Translations under genes and position numbers: made by a program | In this document: one piece after another, positions 51,794 through 62,070 of the stretch | How positions within the stretch are numbered: position 1 is the first letter of the stretch | Layout: each line of letters starts with the position of its first letter | Assembly (NCBI GenBank): GCA_965279525.1 | Contig: CBDIIB010000005.1 | Location: forward strand, 1,344,001 to 1,408,000 | Source: Tagaea sp. | GTDB lineage: Bacteria; Pseudomonadota; Alphaproteobacteria; CACIAM-22H2 | Direction of reading: 5' to 3' | Length of the DNA: 64,000 nt | The notes under the pieces: generated by a model | Told to the model about the DNA's origin: nothing | Database searches by the model: none | The model's input: the letters and a program-made list of their open reading frames with translations, nothing else

Positions 51794-51969
51794 CGCGTCT
51801 GCTCCTTGAGGGTACGTGCCGCGCGCTCGGCCTGGCGCACGTCGCGGAAGCGTCTTCCGTCGAGCTTCCAGTAGGCGGTGGCGGCTGCGGCGAAGCGGTA
51901 GCCGCCGCGTTCGCCAAGGGCGAGCCCCGCGGCATCGCCGTCGATCTCGATCACATATGCGTCGTTCAT
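51790..51969 (-). CDS. Small hypothetical protein (59 aa)
   Basis: MNDAYVIEIDGDAAGL...GYRF...LDGRRF..VRQAERAA; AAAGGA SD at 51977-51982; ATGA overlap with the ligase start. Confidence 0.75.
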   Translation of the reverse strand: MNDAYVIEIDGDAAGLALGERGGYRFAAAATAYWKLDGRRFRDVRQAERAARTLKEQTR

Positions 51970-52055
51970 GGATGCGTCCTTTCCGTCGCCCGCATTGCGG
52001 CGGGCGTGCTGTCGTTCGGCGGTTTCGATCTGGGGGAAGTCCGGATCTGGGCGCT

Positions 52056-52091
52056 TCAACAGCGGCGGCGGTTCGCTTCGTGCGTCGGCAT
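52056..52091 (-). CDS. Putative leader peptide MPTHEANRRRC (11 aa)
   Basis: Minus strand GGAGACCGAC-ATG CCG ACG CAC GAA GCG AAC CGC CGC CGC TGT TGA; good SD spacing; ends 86 nt upstream of the small-protein gene. Confidence 0.55.
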   Translation of the reverse strand: MPTHEANRRRC

Positions 52092-52272
52092 GTCGGTCTC
52101 CATCCTTGAGCCCACGACAACCGTCGTGGCGCTTTAGCGCTTTGTGACGCGGGCGCAAGCTGCTCGTTCAAATCGCCGCGGACGGACGCATCGTCGCTTC
52201 CGTCGGGGATGAAGATGGCCGTCGCGGGATCGGCCGGCAATCGAGGAATTCTGGTGCCGGTCGTTAGAATTT

Positions 52273-53124
52273 CTAGCGGTGGCGCGGGTCGAGCGCGTCG
52301 CGCAGGCCGTCGCCCAGCAGGTTGAAGGCGAGCACGACGAGGAAGATCGCCATGCCCGGAAACACCGCCATCCACGGCGCCTGCGCGATGAAGCGCTGGG
52401 CCGTGTTCAGCATCGATCCCCAGCTTGGTGCCGGCGGCTGCTGGCCCAGGCCCAGGAACGAAAGGCTCGCCTCCGCGATGATCGCGGCCGCGATGGCGAG
52501 CGTGGCCTGCACCATGATCGGGGGCATGATGTTGGGCAGCAGGTGGCGCACCGCGATGCGCCAGCGCGGATTGCCGACCGCGCGTGCCGCCTCGACATAG
52601 TCCTCGACCGAGGCGTTGAGCGTGGCCCCGCGCGTGAGCCGGATGAAAGCGGGCGTGGCCGAGATGCCGATGGCGATCATCGCGTTCGACAGGCTGGGCC
52701 CGAGGAACGCCGCGAGTGCGATCGCCAGGATCAGGAAGGGGCAGGCGAGCATCGCGTCAGTCACGCGGCTGATGATCATGTCGACCCAGCCGCCGACATA
52801 GCCCGCGAGCAGCCCGAGCGGCAGCCCCACGGCGATCGAGATCGACACCGACACCACGCCCGCCAGAAGCGAGGCACGCGCGCCGAACGCGATGCGCGAG
52901 GCAAGATCGCGGCCGTTCTCGTCGGTGCCGAACCAGTGCAGTGCCCCCGGCGGCTTGCGGATCGCGCCCCAATCCGTGGCGATGGGATCGAACGGCGCGA
53001 CGAACGGTGCGAACACCGCGATCGCGACGAACGCGAGCACGACCGCAAGGCCGAACACCGCGGCCGGCCGGCGCATCAGGCGGCGGACTGCCCGCCGTCC
53101 GGGGCTGTCGTTCGAATCGCTCAT
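52273..53124 (-). CDS. Peptide/nickel ABC transporter permease (DppC-like)
   Basis: HWFGTDENGRD, DYVEAARAVG, RHLLPN, LSFLGLG, FNLLGDGLRDALDP. Confidence 0.95.
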   Translation of the reverse strand: MSDSNDSPGRRAVRRLMRRPAAVFGLAVVLAFVAIAVFAPFVAPFDPIATDWGAIRKPPGALHWFGTDENGRDLASRIAFGARASLLAGVVSVSISIAVGLPLGLLAGYVGGWVDMIISRVTDAMLACPFLILAIALAAFLGPSLSNAMIAIGISATPAFIRLTRGATLNASVEDYVEAARAVGNPRWRIAVRHLLPNIMPPIMVQATLAIAAAIIAEASLSFLGLGQQPPAPSWGSMLNTAQRFIAQAPWMAVFPGMAIFLVVLAFNLLGDGLRDALDPRHR

Positions 53125-54065
53125 TGCTGGCGCAGGCGCGGATTGATGAGGAAATAGAGAATGTCCGCGACGAGGTTGAGCGTCACATAGGCCGTGGCCG
53201 TCACCAGCACCACGCCCTGCACGACCATATAGTCGCGGTTGAACACCGCATCGACGACGAGCTTGCCGAAGCCCGGGATCGTGAAGACCTGCTCGGTGAG
53301 CACGGCACCCGAGAACAGCGCGCCGAGTTCAAGGGCCCCCAGCGTGACGACGGGGATCAGCGCGTTGCGCAGCGCGTGCTTGTTGACGACCTTGCCCTCG
53401 GCAAGCCCCTTGGCGCGCGCGGTGCGCACATAGTCCTGGTTGAGGGCCTGCAGCATCGCCGCGCGCGTGTGGCGCATCAGCACGGCCGCGATCGAATTGC
53501 CCAGCACGAAGGCGGGCATGATCGTCGTGGCGAGACTCTGGCGCCAGTCCTCGAACGGACTCACATAGCCCGACGGCGGCAGCCAGCCCATCTCGACCGA
53601 CACGAAAAGGATCAGCAGGATGCCGAGCCAGAAATTCGGCGTCGACAGCCCCCACAGCGCCACCGCGTTCGCCGCATAGTCCCAGAACCCGTCCTTGCGC
53701 ACGGCGGACAGCACGCCCATCGGGATGCCGATCAGGCACGCGATGATGAACGCCATGCCGCCGAGCTGCAACGTGACCGGCAGTTTCGCGAGGACCAGAT
53801 CGGAGACCGGGCTCGACAGCCGCATCGATTCGCCCAGATCGCCGTGCAGCACGTTCCACAGCCAGTTGGCGTACTGGACGGGGATCGGCCGGTCGAGACC
53901 GTATCGCGCGCGGATCTGGGCCAGCACCTCCTCGTCGCGTTCCTCGCCCGCCATGACCGAGGCGGGATCGCCCGGCAGCAGCAGTTGCAGCCCGAACACG
54001 AGCATCGAGACGACGAACAGCGTCGGCAGGATGCTCGAGAGGCGGCGGACGAGAAACGCGAACAA
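53121..54065 (-). CDS. Peptide/nickel ABC transporter permease (DppB-like)
   Basis: LPGDPA, GDLGES, DYVRTARAKGL, HALRNALIP, TEQVFTIPG.G; TTG start. Confidence 0.95.
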   Translation of the reverse strand: MFAFLVRRLSSILPTLFVVSMLVFGLQLLLPGDPASVMAGEERDEEVLAQIRARYGLDRPIPVQYANWLWNVLHGDLGESMRLSSPVSDLVLAKLPVTLQLGGMAFIIACLIGIPMGVLSAVRKDGFWDYAANAVALWGLSTPNFWLGILLILFVSVEMGWLPPSGYVSPFEDWRQSLATTIMPAFVLGNSIAAVLMRHTRAAMLQALNQDYVRTARAKGLAEGKVVNKHALRNALIPVVTLGALELGALFSGAVLTEQVFTIPGFGKLVVDAVFNRDYMVVQGVVLVTATAYVTLNLVADILYFLINPRLRQQ

Positions 54066-54086
54066 GGCGGTGCTTTCCTTTCGCCG

Positions 54087-55607
54087 TCAGTTCGCCGCGA
54101 GGCGGATGCCCTGCAGGCGGATCAGCCCGTCGGGAACCGCGACGAAGCCGGAGAGCCTGCCGGTGTGGGCGACCAGGTTCTTGCGGTGCCAGAGGTACAG
54201 GATCGGTTTCTCCGCCTGCACAAGGTCGGCCGCCTTCGTGTAGATCGCGGTGCGCTGCGCCACGTCGGGCACGATTCGCGCGTCGGCCATCAGCTTGTCG
54301 ACCTCGGGCGAGGCGAACTTGGCGTAGTTGAGGGGCCCTCGCGACGTGACGAAGCTGAACAGGTTGCCGTCCGGATCGGGCCGGCCCGACCAGCCGACGA
54401 TATAGGCCTCATAGTCGCCCTTCTCGGCCGTGCTCAGCGACGTGGCGAACTCGGTCGCCTGGATGCGCACGTCGAAACCCGCCTCGCGCGCCATCGACTG
54501 GATGACCTCGCCGATCTGACGCATGTCCGGGCTGTTGGCGACCATCAGGTTGACGACGACGGGGCTCGTGTGTCCCGCCGCGCGCAGGAGCGCCTTGGCC
54601 TGCTCGACGTTGCGCGCCGGCACCTTGGCGGCCTTGTTGAAGAACGGGCTCGCCGGCGGGATACCCTGGACGGTGGGCGTGTACTCGCCGTTGTAGACGA
54701 CCTGGACGATCGTGTTGCGGTCGAAGGCAAGCTCGAACGCCTCGCGCACGCGCTTGTCGCTGCCGATGACCGACTTCGCCTTGTCGCCGTTGTTGACGTT
54801 GAGCCACATGCCCATGTAGCCGAGCTCCTCGACCGAAGACAGCTTCAGGCGCTGGTTGGCGCGCACGGCCGGGATGTCGGTCGGCTGCAGCCGCTCGATC
54901 AGGTCGAGCGCGTTGCCCTGCAGATTGGCGAAGCGCACCGAGTGGTCGGGAATCGGCAGATAGACGACGCGGTCGACGCCGATCTTGCCGGCATCCCAGT
55001 ACTGCGGGAACTTCTCGACGACGATGCGGTCCTGCGCCACGCGTTCGACGAAGCGGAACGGACCCGCGCACACGGGCTTGGCCGCGAACTGCGCGCCGGC
55101 GGCCTGTGCCGCCTTCGGGCTCACGATCATGCCTGCACGGTCGGTGAGCTGGGCGACGAACGGCGCGAAGGGTGCCGACAGCGTCAGCTTCACCGTCAAC
55201 GGGTCGACGACCTCGATCTTCTGCATCGCCGAGATTTCCGAACGGCGGAACGAGCCCTGCATGTTGAGATGCCGGTCGAGACTGAAGCGGACGGCTTCGG
55301 CATCCATCTTCTCGCCGTCGTGGAACGTCACGCCGTCGCGCAGCTTGATCGTCAGCTCCTTGCCTTCGCCGCCCCAGCTGTAGCCGGTCGCGAGCTGCGG
55401 GACGATGTTGAGCTTGTCGTCGATGTCGAAGAGCTTGTCGCACAGGCTGGCGAACACGATGCGGCCCACGAACGTACGCGCGGTCGTCGGATCGAGCGCG
55501 TCGGGGTCCTCGGCAAGGCCGATGCGCAGCGTGGTCTGCGCGTGTGCGGCCCCGGCGGTCAGGGCGATGGCGGCAAGGCCGGCCATCAGCATTCTGGTCA
55601 TCGACAT
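54087..55607 (-). CDS. Peptide ABC transporter substrate-binding protein (family 5)
   Basis: Signal peptide ending AHA-Q; DPDALDP, LRDGVTFHDG, PVCAGPF; AGGAG SD. Confidence 0.93.
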   Translation of the reverse strand: MSMTRMLMAGLAAIALTAGAAHAQTTLRIGLAEDPDALDPTTARTFVGRIVFASLCDKLFDIDDKLNIVPQLATGYSWGGEGKELTIKLRDGVTFHDGEKMDAEAVRFSLDRHLNMQGSFRRSEISAMQKIEVVDPLTVKLTLSAPFAPFVAQLTDRAGMIVSPKAAQAAGAQFAAKPVCAGPFRFVERVAQDRIVVEKFPQYWDAGKIGVDRVVYLPIPDHSVRFANLQGNALDLIERLQPTDIPAVRANQRLKLSSVEELGYMGMWLNVNNGDKAKSVIGSDKRVREAFELAFDRNTIVQVVYNGEYTPTVQGIPPASPFFNKAAKVPARNVEQAKALLRAAGHTSPVVVNLMVANSPDMRQIGEVIQSMAREAGFDVRIQATEFATSLSTAEKGDYEAYIVGWSGRPDPDGNLFSFVTSRGPLNYAKFASPEVDKLMADARIVPDVAQRTAIYTKAADLVQAEKPILYLWHRKNLVAHTGRLSGFVAVPDGLIRLQGIRLAAN

Positions 55608-55641
55608 GGTCGTTTCTCCTCGTGGTTCAGGAATGGGTGGG

Positions 55642-56708
55642 TCAGGAATGGACGGAACGTTCGACGAAGCGGCCCTGCAACCGTTCGAGGCGGGCCTGTG
55701 CGGGACTGTCCGGCGGGATGGAAAGTGCTGCGAAATCGGGGATCTCGCGCCAGAAATGGCAGGCGACCGAATGGCCCGCACCCGCGGGTTCGAGCTGCGG
55801 GCTTTCCACCCGGCAGCGGTCCCTGGCGAACGCGCACCGCGTGTGGAAATGGCAGCCGGGCGGCGGATCGATGGGGCTGGGCACGTCGCCTTGCAGCAGC
55901 GTGCGCGCACGCGCGACCGACGGGTCGGGAACCGGGATCGCGGCGAGCAGGGCCTGCGTATAGGGATGGCGCGGCCGCACGTAGAGTCCGCCCTTGTCCG
56001 CGATCTCGACGATGCGCCCCAGATACATGACGGCCACCCGGTCGGCCGCATGTTTGACCACGGCAAGATCGTGCGCGATCAGCACGAGCGCCATGCCGAA
56101 GCGGCGCTGCAGGTCCTTCAGCAGGTTCAGCACCTGCGCCTGCACCGACACGTCGAGGGCCGAGACCGGCTCGTCGCCGACGATCAGCTTCGGACCGGCG
56201 GCAAGGGCACGCGCGATCCCGATGCGCTGGCGCTGCCCGCCGGAAAACTCGTGCGGATAGCGACGGTCGTGTTCGGGACGCAGGCCCACGACCGACAGCA
56301 GCTCGCGCACCTTTTCGGCGCGCGCGGCCCCGCTCGCGAGCCCATGCAGCATCAGCGGCTCGCCGACGATCTGGCCCACCGTCATGCGCGGATTGAGTGA
56401 GGCGTAGGGATCCTGGAAGACGATCTGCAGGTGCCGGCGTTGGGCGCGCATCGCGGCCTCGTCGAGCGCCATCAGGTCGGTGCCGTCGAACTCGATCTGC
56501 CCGGACGTCGGCTCGATCAAGCGCAGCAGCATGCGGCCGACCGTCGACTTGCCGCAGCCGCTCTCGCCGACCAGGCCGAGCGTTTCGCCGGCGGCCACGT
56601 CGAGCGATACGCCGTCGACGGCCTTGACCATGCCCGTCGCACGCCCGAACAGGCCCTTGCGTACAGGGAAGTGCTTCACGAGACCTGTGGCGCTGAGCAG
56701 CGGGGTCG

Positions 56709-56712
<4 letters not shown>
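55642..56712 (-). CDS. Peptide ABC transporter ATP-binding protein (DppF-like)
   Basis: [47 protein letters not shown]. Confidence 0.95.
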
Positions 56713-57688
<976 letters not shown>

Positions 57689-57692
<4 letters not shown>

Positions 57693-58393
57693 TTGACCCC
57701 GGCGGCGGCCATCGCGGCGTCGATCGTCGCGCGGTCGTACGTGCCCGCGATGTCGGCACGCGTGGCAAGGAACGGGCGGAAGATCGCAAAGCGCTCCTTG
57801 CTGACGGCATGGAGCCGGCGCAGCTCGACGAGCGGGAATTCGTGGTCGTCCACGCGCATGTCGAGATCGGGATACTCGTCGCCCGAATGCACGCGGATGG
57901 CGGCGGACTGGCGCCCGCGCTTGTCGCCGCCCGCGGCATCGCCCGCGTCGAGCGCGTCGAGGAAGCGCTCGGCCAACGGCTTGCCGCGCGAAGCGGCGAA
58001 CGCCTTCGCGGTCGCCTCGATCACCTGCTTGCCCGCCAGCATGTTGCCGGCGACCGAGAATTCGTCGAACACGAGATGGCCCGCCCAGTCCACGCAGCCC
58101 TTGCCGGTGTGTGCGGCAAACCGGCCGGCGGCATCCATCAGGTGGACCTGGCGCACGTCGCGCCCGGCATCGCGCGCGAGCAGGGCCGCGAGCGTTTCGG
58201 CCGCCGGCATGCCGCGTGCCAGGAGGTCGATCCCGTCGATGCCGTGATAGGGGTTGATCAGGGCCTGCGTGGCGACCGCACCGGCCCCCGGACGCACGTA
58301 GGGACAAAGTGCGCCGACCGCGAAGAAGCGCGTGGCGACGGCGATGCCGATTTCGCCGGTTGCGGGATCGCGGGCGACGACGGACCAGGTCAT
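57689..58393 (-). CDS. DUF1028 (Ntn-hydrolase-like) protein
   Basis: [45 protein letters not shown]. Confidence 0.88.
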
Positions 58394-58529
58394 GGCGGCC
58401 TCGTTGGTTCCACCGGGAACTTAATTCGCCGGGCCGACAAGTAAAGCCCGTGCGGTCGCATTATGCAACGCCGGGACCATCGACGCTCGCCCGGACCAAG
58501 TCCGGCCCGACCAATTTAGACAATGGGCG

Positions 58530-59606
58530 TCAGGCGAGCGTGAAGGATTCGTGCACCGCACTTTTGACGCCGCCGCCCATCACCGGCCCGCCGCCGGCCA
58601 CATAGATGGCATCACCGATCGTGACCGCGCCCATCCCGTGGCGCGGCGTCAGCATCGGCGCGTAGGCCTGCCACTTGTCGGCAACCGGATCGTAGGCTTC
58701 GTTCTGCGCGAATACGCGGTTGGAACCTTCACCGCCCATGCAGAAGATCTGACCGCGATAGAGCGTGGCGCCGTGGCCAGAACGCGCCGTCGGCAATGGG
58801 TTGCGCATGCGCCAGCGGTCTTCCTTGGCGTCGTACGTGTGGTGCAGGTTCGAGTTCGTATAGAACGTGGTCACGCGCCCGCCGATCACGTGGATGAACC
58901 CGTTCATCGCGACGATGCCGACGTGGTCGCGCGCGGTGGGCAGCGGGGCGGCCGTGCGCCAGCGGTCGTCCTTCGGGTCGTAGACAAGGTGGCGGTCGAT
59001 CGACACGCGCGCCTCGGCCGTATCGCCCCAGGCGCCGCCGATCGCATGGATGCGGCCTTCGAACGCCACGCAGCCCATGGCGCCGGCAGCCTGCGGCATC
59101 GTGGCGATGCGGCTCCACCGCTCGCCGTCGGCACCCCAGACGAAACAATCGGCGTGCGGCCGGCGGTTCTGGTCGAGGAAGCCGCCCAGCGCATAGAGCC
59201 GCCCGTCGAGAACGGTGACGCCCACATGGTTGGCGCCCAGCGGCAGGTCGGCGGCCTGCATCCAGGCATCGGCAGCCGGGTCGTAGATGTGGTGATACGG
59301 CTTGTCGACGCGCTGTTCGGCATAGCCGCCGACAAGATGCATGCGTCCGGCACGCTCGGCCGCCCACGCCATCTCGGTGCGGGGCAGGGGCAGCGGCGCG
59401 CGGGCCGACCACTTGCCCTGGTTCGCGGCCTTGGGTGCGATCGAGTCGTACACGCGCTGTTCCTGCGCGATCGGCGGGATCTCGATGCGGCCGGGCTGGT
59501 TCAGCCGTTCGAACATCGGGCCGTGATGGGCGTGCTGGGCCGCCGCGGGGGCGGCGAACGCCGCCAGCCCGCCGGCGACGAAGGCACGCCGCGTGGTCGT
59601 CGTCAT
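58530..59606 (-). CDS. Kelch-repeat beta-propeller protein, Tat-type signal
   Basis: TRRAFV signal; six repeats with xxGG, YDP..D.W and P.AR patterns. Confidence 0.88.
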   Translation of the reverse strand: MTTTTRRAFVAGGLAAFAAPAAAQHAHHGPMFERLNQPGRIEIPPIAQEQRVYDSIAPKAANQGKWSARAPLPLPRTEMAWAAERAGRMHLVGGYAEQRVDKPYHHIYDPAADAWMQAADLPLGANHVGVTVLDGRLYALGGFLDQNRRPHADCFVWGADGERWSRIATMPQAAGAMGCVAFEGRIHAIGGAWGDTAEARVSIDRHLVYDPKDDRWRTAAPLPTARDHVGIVAMNGFIHVIGGRVTTFYTNSNLHHTYDAKEDRWRMRNPLPTARSGHGATLYRGQIFCMGGEGSNRVFAQNEAYDPVADKWQAYAPMLTPRHGMGAVTIGDAIYVAGGGPVMGGGVKSAVHESFTLA

Positions 59607-59619
59607 CGTTGCTCTCTCC

Positions 59620-60339
59620 TCAGGAAACTTCGCGCGACAGCTTGTTGATCATGGCATAGGCGAACGTATCGAAGCCAAGCACCGATAGCAGGAACGCGCC
59701 TGTCCCGCCGATCACGTTGGCACGGTACCATTCGTCCAGTCCGCCGGGCGGGTGGGTGTGCATCGGGTTCCACGGGCTGGGCGTTTCGGTCAGGATGGCT
59801 AGGCCGTTGATCGTGATGCCGGCTTCGACCGCGATGTCGCGCGCGGTTCCCGCGAGCGTGCCGCTGGTATTGGTGCCATCGCCCGACACGTCGATCGTGC
59901 GCCGCCGTGCCTCGTACGGGCAGCGGCGCAGCTCTTCCATCGAGAACATGATCGCCTCGCCGATGGCCGTCGAACCGGCGAAGGGGCGCGGCGGGGCGAG
60001 CAGGCGGGCGGCGAAATCCTCGGCGCTGTCCTGGCCGTCGATCACCGTCCAGTCGACGAGCGTGCGCTGGGCGCCCGGGCCCGACCATTCGTTATAGGTA
60101 AGCGCAAGCCGCTTGGCGGGCCCGCCAGTCATTGCGCGCACGACGCGCGGATCGGCGATTGCCGTGGCATATCCTTGGCGCTGGAGCAGGAAGCGGTTGT
60201 TGTCGATGCTGCGCGAGACGTCGGCGGCAAGGACGAGCTGGAGGTCGAACTTTTCTGCCGCCCGCACCGGCAGGACAGCCGCGGCAACGCCGGCACCGAG
60301 GCCGGCCAGAAATGTGCGCCGTTTCGAAGGTCGTGGCAT
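59620..60339 (-). CDS. DUF1194 (vWA-like) protein, Tat-type signal
   Basis: KRRTFL signal; LVLAADVSRS MIDAS-like motif, STAIGEA, IDVSGDG, ITINGL, VIGG.GAF. Confidence 0.88.
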   Translation of the reverse strand: MPRPSKRRTFLAGLGAGVAAAVLPVRAAEKFDLQLVLAADVSRSIDNNRFLLQRQGYATAIADPRVVRAMTGGPAKRLALTYNEWSGPGAQRTLVDWTVIDGQDSAEDFAARLLAPPRPFAGSTAIGEAIMFSMEELRRCPYEARRRTIDVSGDGTNTSGTLAGTARDIAVEAGITINGLAILTETPSPWNPMHTHPPGGLDEWYRANVIGGTGAFLLSVLGFDTFAYAMINKLSREVS

Positions 60340-60506
60340 CGGGGAACCCCGCAGGTCTGCCGTGACTCGTCATGGTCAGCTTGCCTCAACGCAAAGACCG
60401 CGCCAAGCCCGGTGCATTTCGCGAACCGCAATGCATATGTGGATAATCCGGATTAATGCCGAAGGGGCTTGGATTCAGCAGGGCCAGCCCCTAAACAGTT
60501 CGGACC

Positions 60507-61529
60507 ATGTGCCCGCCGGATGATCAGGTGCCGCACGCCACGGACGCGAAGGCCGATACGGCCGCGCAGCCCTGGTGGAAGAGCGGCAAGCAGGACCTTC
60601 GCACCAAGCTCCATGCCTGGTGGGAAGGCTATCGTCTGCCTACGGGAAGCCCTGCGGGAAGCAATGCCAAGCTCAAGCCGGCTTCTGCTCCCGCTGCAGG
60701 GCCTGCGTCCAAATCCAAGTCTGCGACCGCCGAGCCGGCAAAATCGGCACCGCCGCCCAAGGACCATTGGAGCCCCGAGCGCATCCTCGTCGCCCAGCTC
60801 ATCTGGGGCGACGGTTTCTCGTTTCCCGGCGGCGGCGATTTCGCGGCCGAACTTGCCGCCTCGCTGATCGTCGACAAGCGTTCGACCGTGATGGATCTGG
60901 GCTGCGGCCTTGGCGGTGGCACGCGCGCGATCGTCGAGCGCTTCGGTGCCACCGCGCATGGCTTCGACCTGTCGCCCGAACAGGCCAAGGCCGGCGATGC
61001 CATGTCGGCCAAGCAGGGGCTCGACCTTCGCGCACCCATCGCACCCCTCAATCTCGAAAATCCGGACTGGAAGGCGCGCACCTACGATGCGGCCCTGCTG
61101 CGCAACGTCGTGTCGCTGGTCACCGACAAGTCGGCCCTCGTGCGCCGCGTGGGCGAATCGCTGAAACCGGGCGGCCGCTTCCTGCTGATCGACTGGGCGC
61201 TCACCGAAGACGAGACGCAAGGGGCCGCCTTCGCGAACTATCTCGAAGGCGAGCCGCGCCCGCCCTATCTCGGCACAGTGGCGCAGCTGACGTTCCTGAT
61301 CGAGACGCTCGGCTACACGGTCCGGCGCAGCGAGGATTACACGAAGGAATTCCGCCCGGTCGTGCTCGAAGGCTGGCGGCGCATCGACACGATCGTCGCC
61401 AAGGGCATGCTCAATGCCGTCGAGGGCAAGGCGCTGATGAAGGAGGCCGAACTGTGGGCCCGGCGCATCGCCGCGATCGACGCGGGCGAGCTTCGCGTGG
61501 CGCGCATCGAGGCGCTGAAGAAGGCCTGA
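60507..61529 (+). CDS. Class I SAM-dependent methyltransferase (N-methyltransferase-like) with a low-complexity N-terminus
   Basis: QLIWGDGFSFPGG, VMDLGCGLGG, GFDLS, LKPGGRFLLID; start uncertain. Confidence 0.82.
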   Translation: MCPPDDQVPHATDAKADTAAQPWWKSGKQDLRTKLHAWWEGYRLPTGSPAGSNAKLKPASAPAAGPASKSKSATAEPAKSAPPPKDHWSPERILVAQLIWGDGFSFPGGGDFAAELAASLIVDKRSTVMDLGCGLGGGTRAIVERFGATAHGFDLSPEQAKAGDAMSAKQGLDLRAPIAPLNLENPDWKARTYDAALLRNVVSLVTDKSALVRRVGESLKPGGRFLLIDWALTEDETQGAAFANYLEGEPRPPYLGTVAQLTFLIETLGYTVRRSEDYTKEFRPVVLEGWRRIDTIVAKGMLNAVEGKALMKEAELWARRIAAIDAGELRVARIEALKKA

Positions 61530-61530
61530 G

Positions 61531-61764
61531 CTAGCGCGATCCTGCCGGGCGCCAGAAGCGGTCGACGACATAGCCGCCCACCCCGCCGAGAGCCGCACCG
61601 ATGGCGGCCCCTTTCAGCGTGCCGGTCCCGCCGGTCGCAAGTGCGCCGATGGTCGCGCCGACAACCGCACCGCCGCCGATGTAGCTCTGTTGGCGCGTCA
61701 TGCCGCTGCAGCCGCCAAGCAGCAGGGCCGAGCTTGCGACAAGGACGAGGGCGGTGCGGCGCAT
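61531..61764 (-). CDS. Small glycine-zipper lipoprotein (OsmB-like)
   Basis: Lipobox LGGC; GGGAVVGATIGA...GAAIGAALGGVGG; GGAG SD. Confidence 0.82.
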   Translation of the reverse strand: MRRTALVLVASSALLLGGCSGMTRQQSYIGGGAVVGATIGALATGGTGTLKGAAIGAALGGVGGYVVDRFWRPAGSR

Positions 61765-61844
61765 GGCGAAAACTCCGGGCTGGTGGCTGGAACGTGGCGC
61801 ATTACAGCGAGCGCGCGGGCATCTGGCGAGTCGATTCGACAAGC

Positions 61845-62030
61845 GGATTTATCTTATAATTGTATTACATGATAGTTGTGTGATGAACAATTCGCAGTAA
61901 AATTTGCCAAAATATTTTCCGTACTGCGTTGATATCATATGCATAATACATATGTATTGAAGTCAATTCTTCGCTCAATCCTTAAATTGCAAATAGTCGT
62001 TTTCGTTTAAGGCTCTATAAACACCTGCCG
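61845..62030. promoter_or_regulatory. AT-rich divergent promoter region (lipoprotein / MCP)
   Basis: Abrupt AT-rich stretch with perfect 14-bp palindrome AATACATATGTATT at 61945-61958. Confidence 0.45.
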
Positions 62031-62070
62031 CGCTATCTTCCGGTGCCGAGTTCAAGCGCCGGAAACAGCA

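Noticed and set aside
50825-52375. Long N-terminal extensions in the ORF track (e.g. ATP-grasp 516 aa, UrtD 678 aa, cyclase 865 aa, cupin 455 aa)
   Set aside because: The extensions overlap upstream genes in other frames; internal starts with SD or stop-start coupling fit family lengths better, so no fusions are called.
55627-55651. 10-bp direct repeat TCAGGAATGG at the DppF-like stop codon
   Set aside because: Only two copies 5 nt apart, with no element between them; likely a local micro-duplication.
52941-56030. 1029-aa plus-strand ORF and similar long alternative-frame ORFs (2-1087, 5181-7331, 22594-24756, 43014-45242)
   Set aside because: Antisense or frame-shifted shadows of genes with clear family motifs; stop codons are scarce at this GC content.
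60444-60455. 12-bp palindrome TAATCCGGATTA in a divergent intergenic region
   Set aside because: Single occurrence with no recognisable consensus; not enough to call a site.
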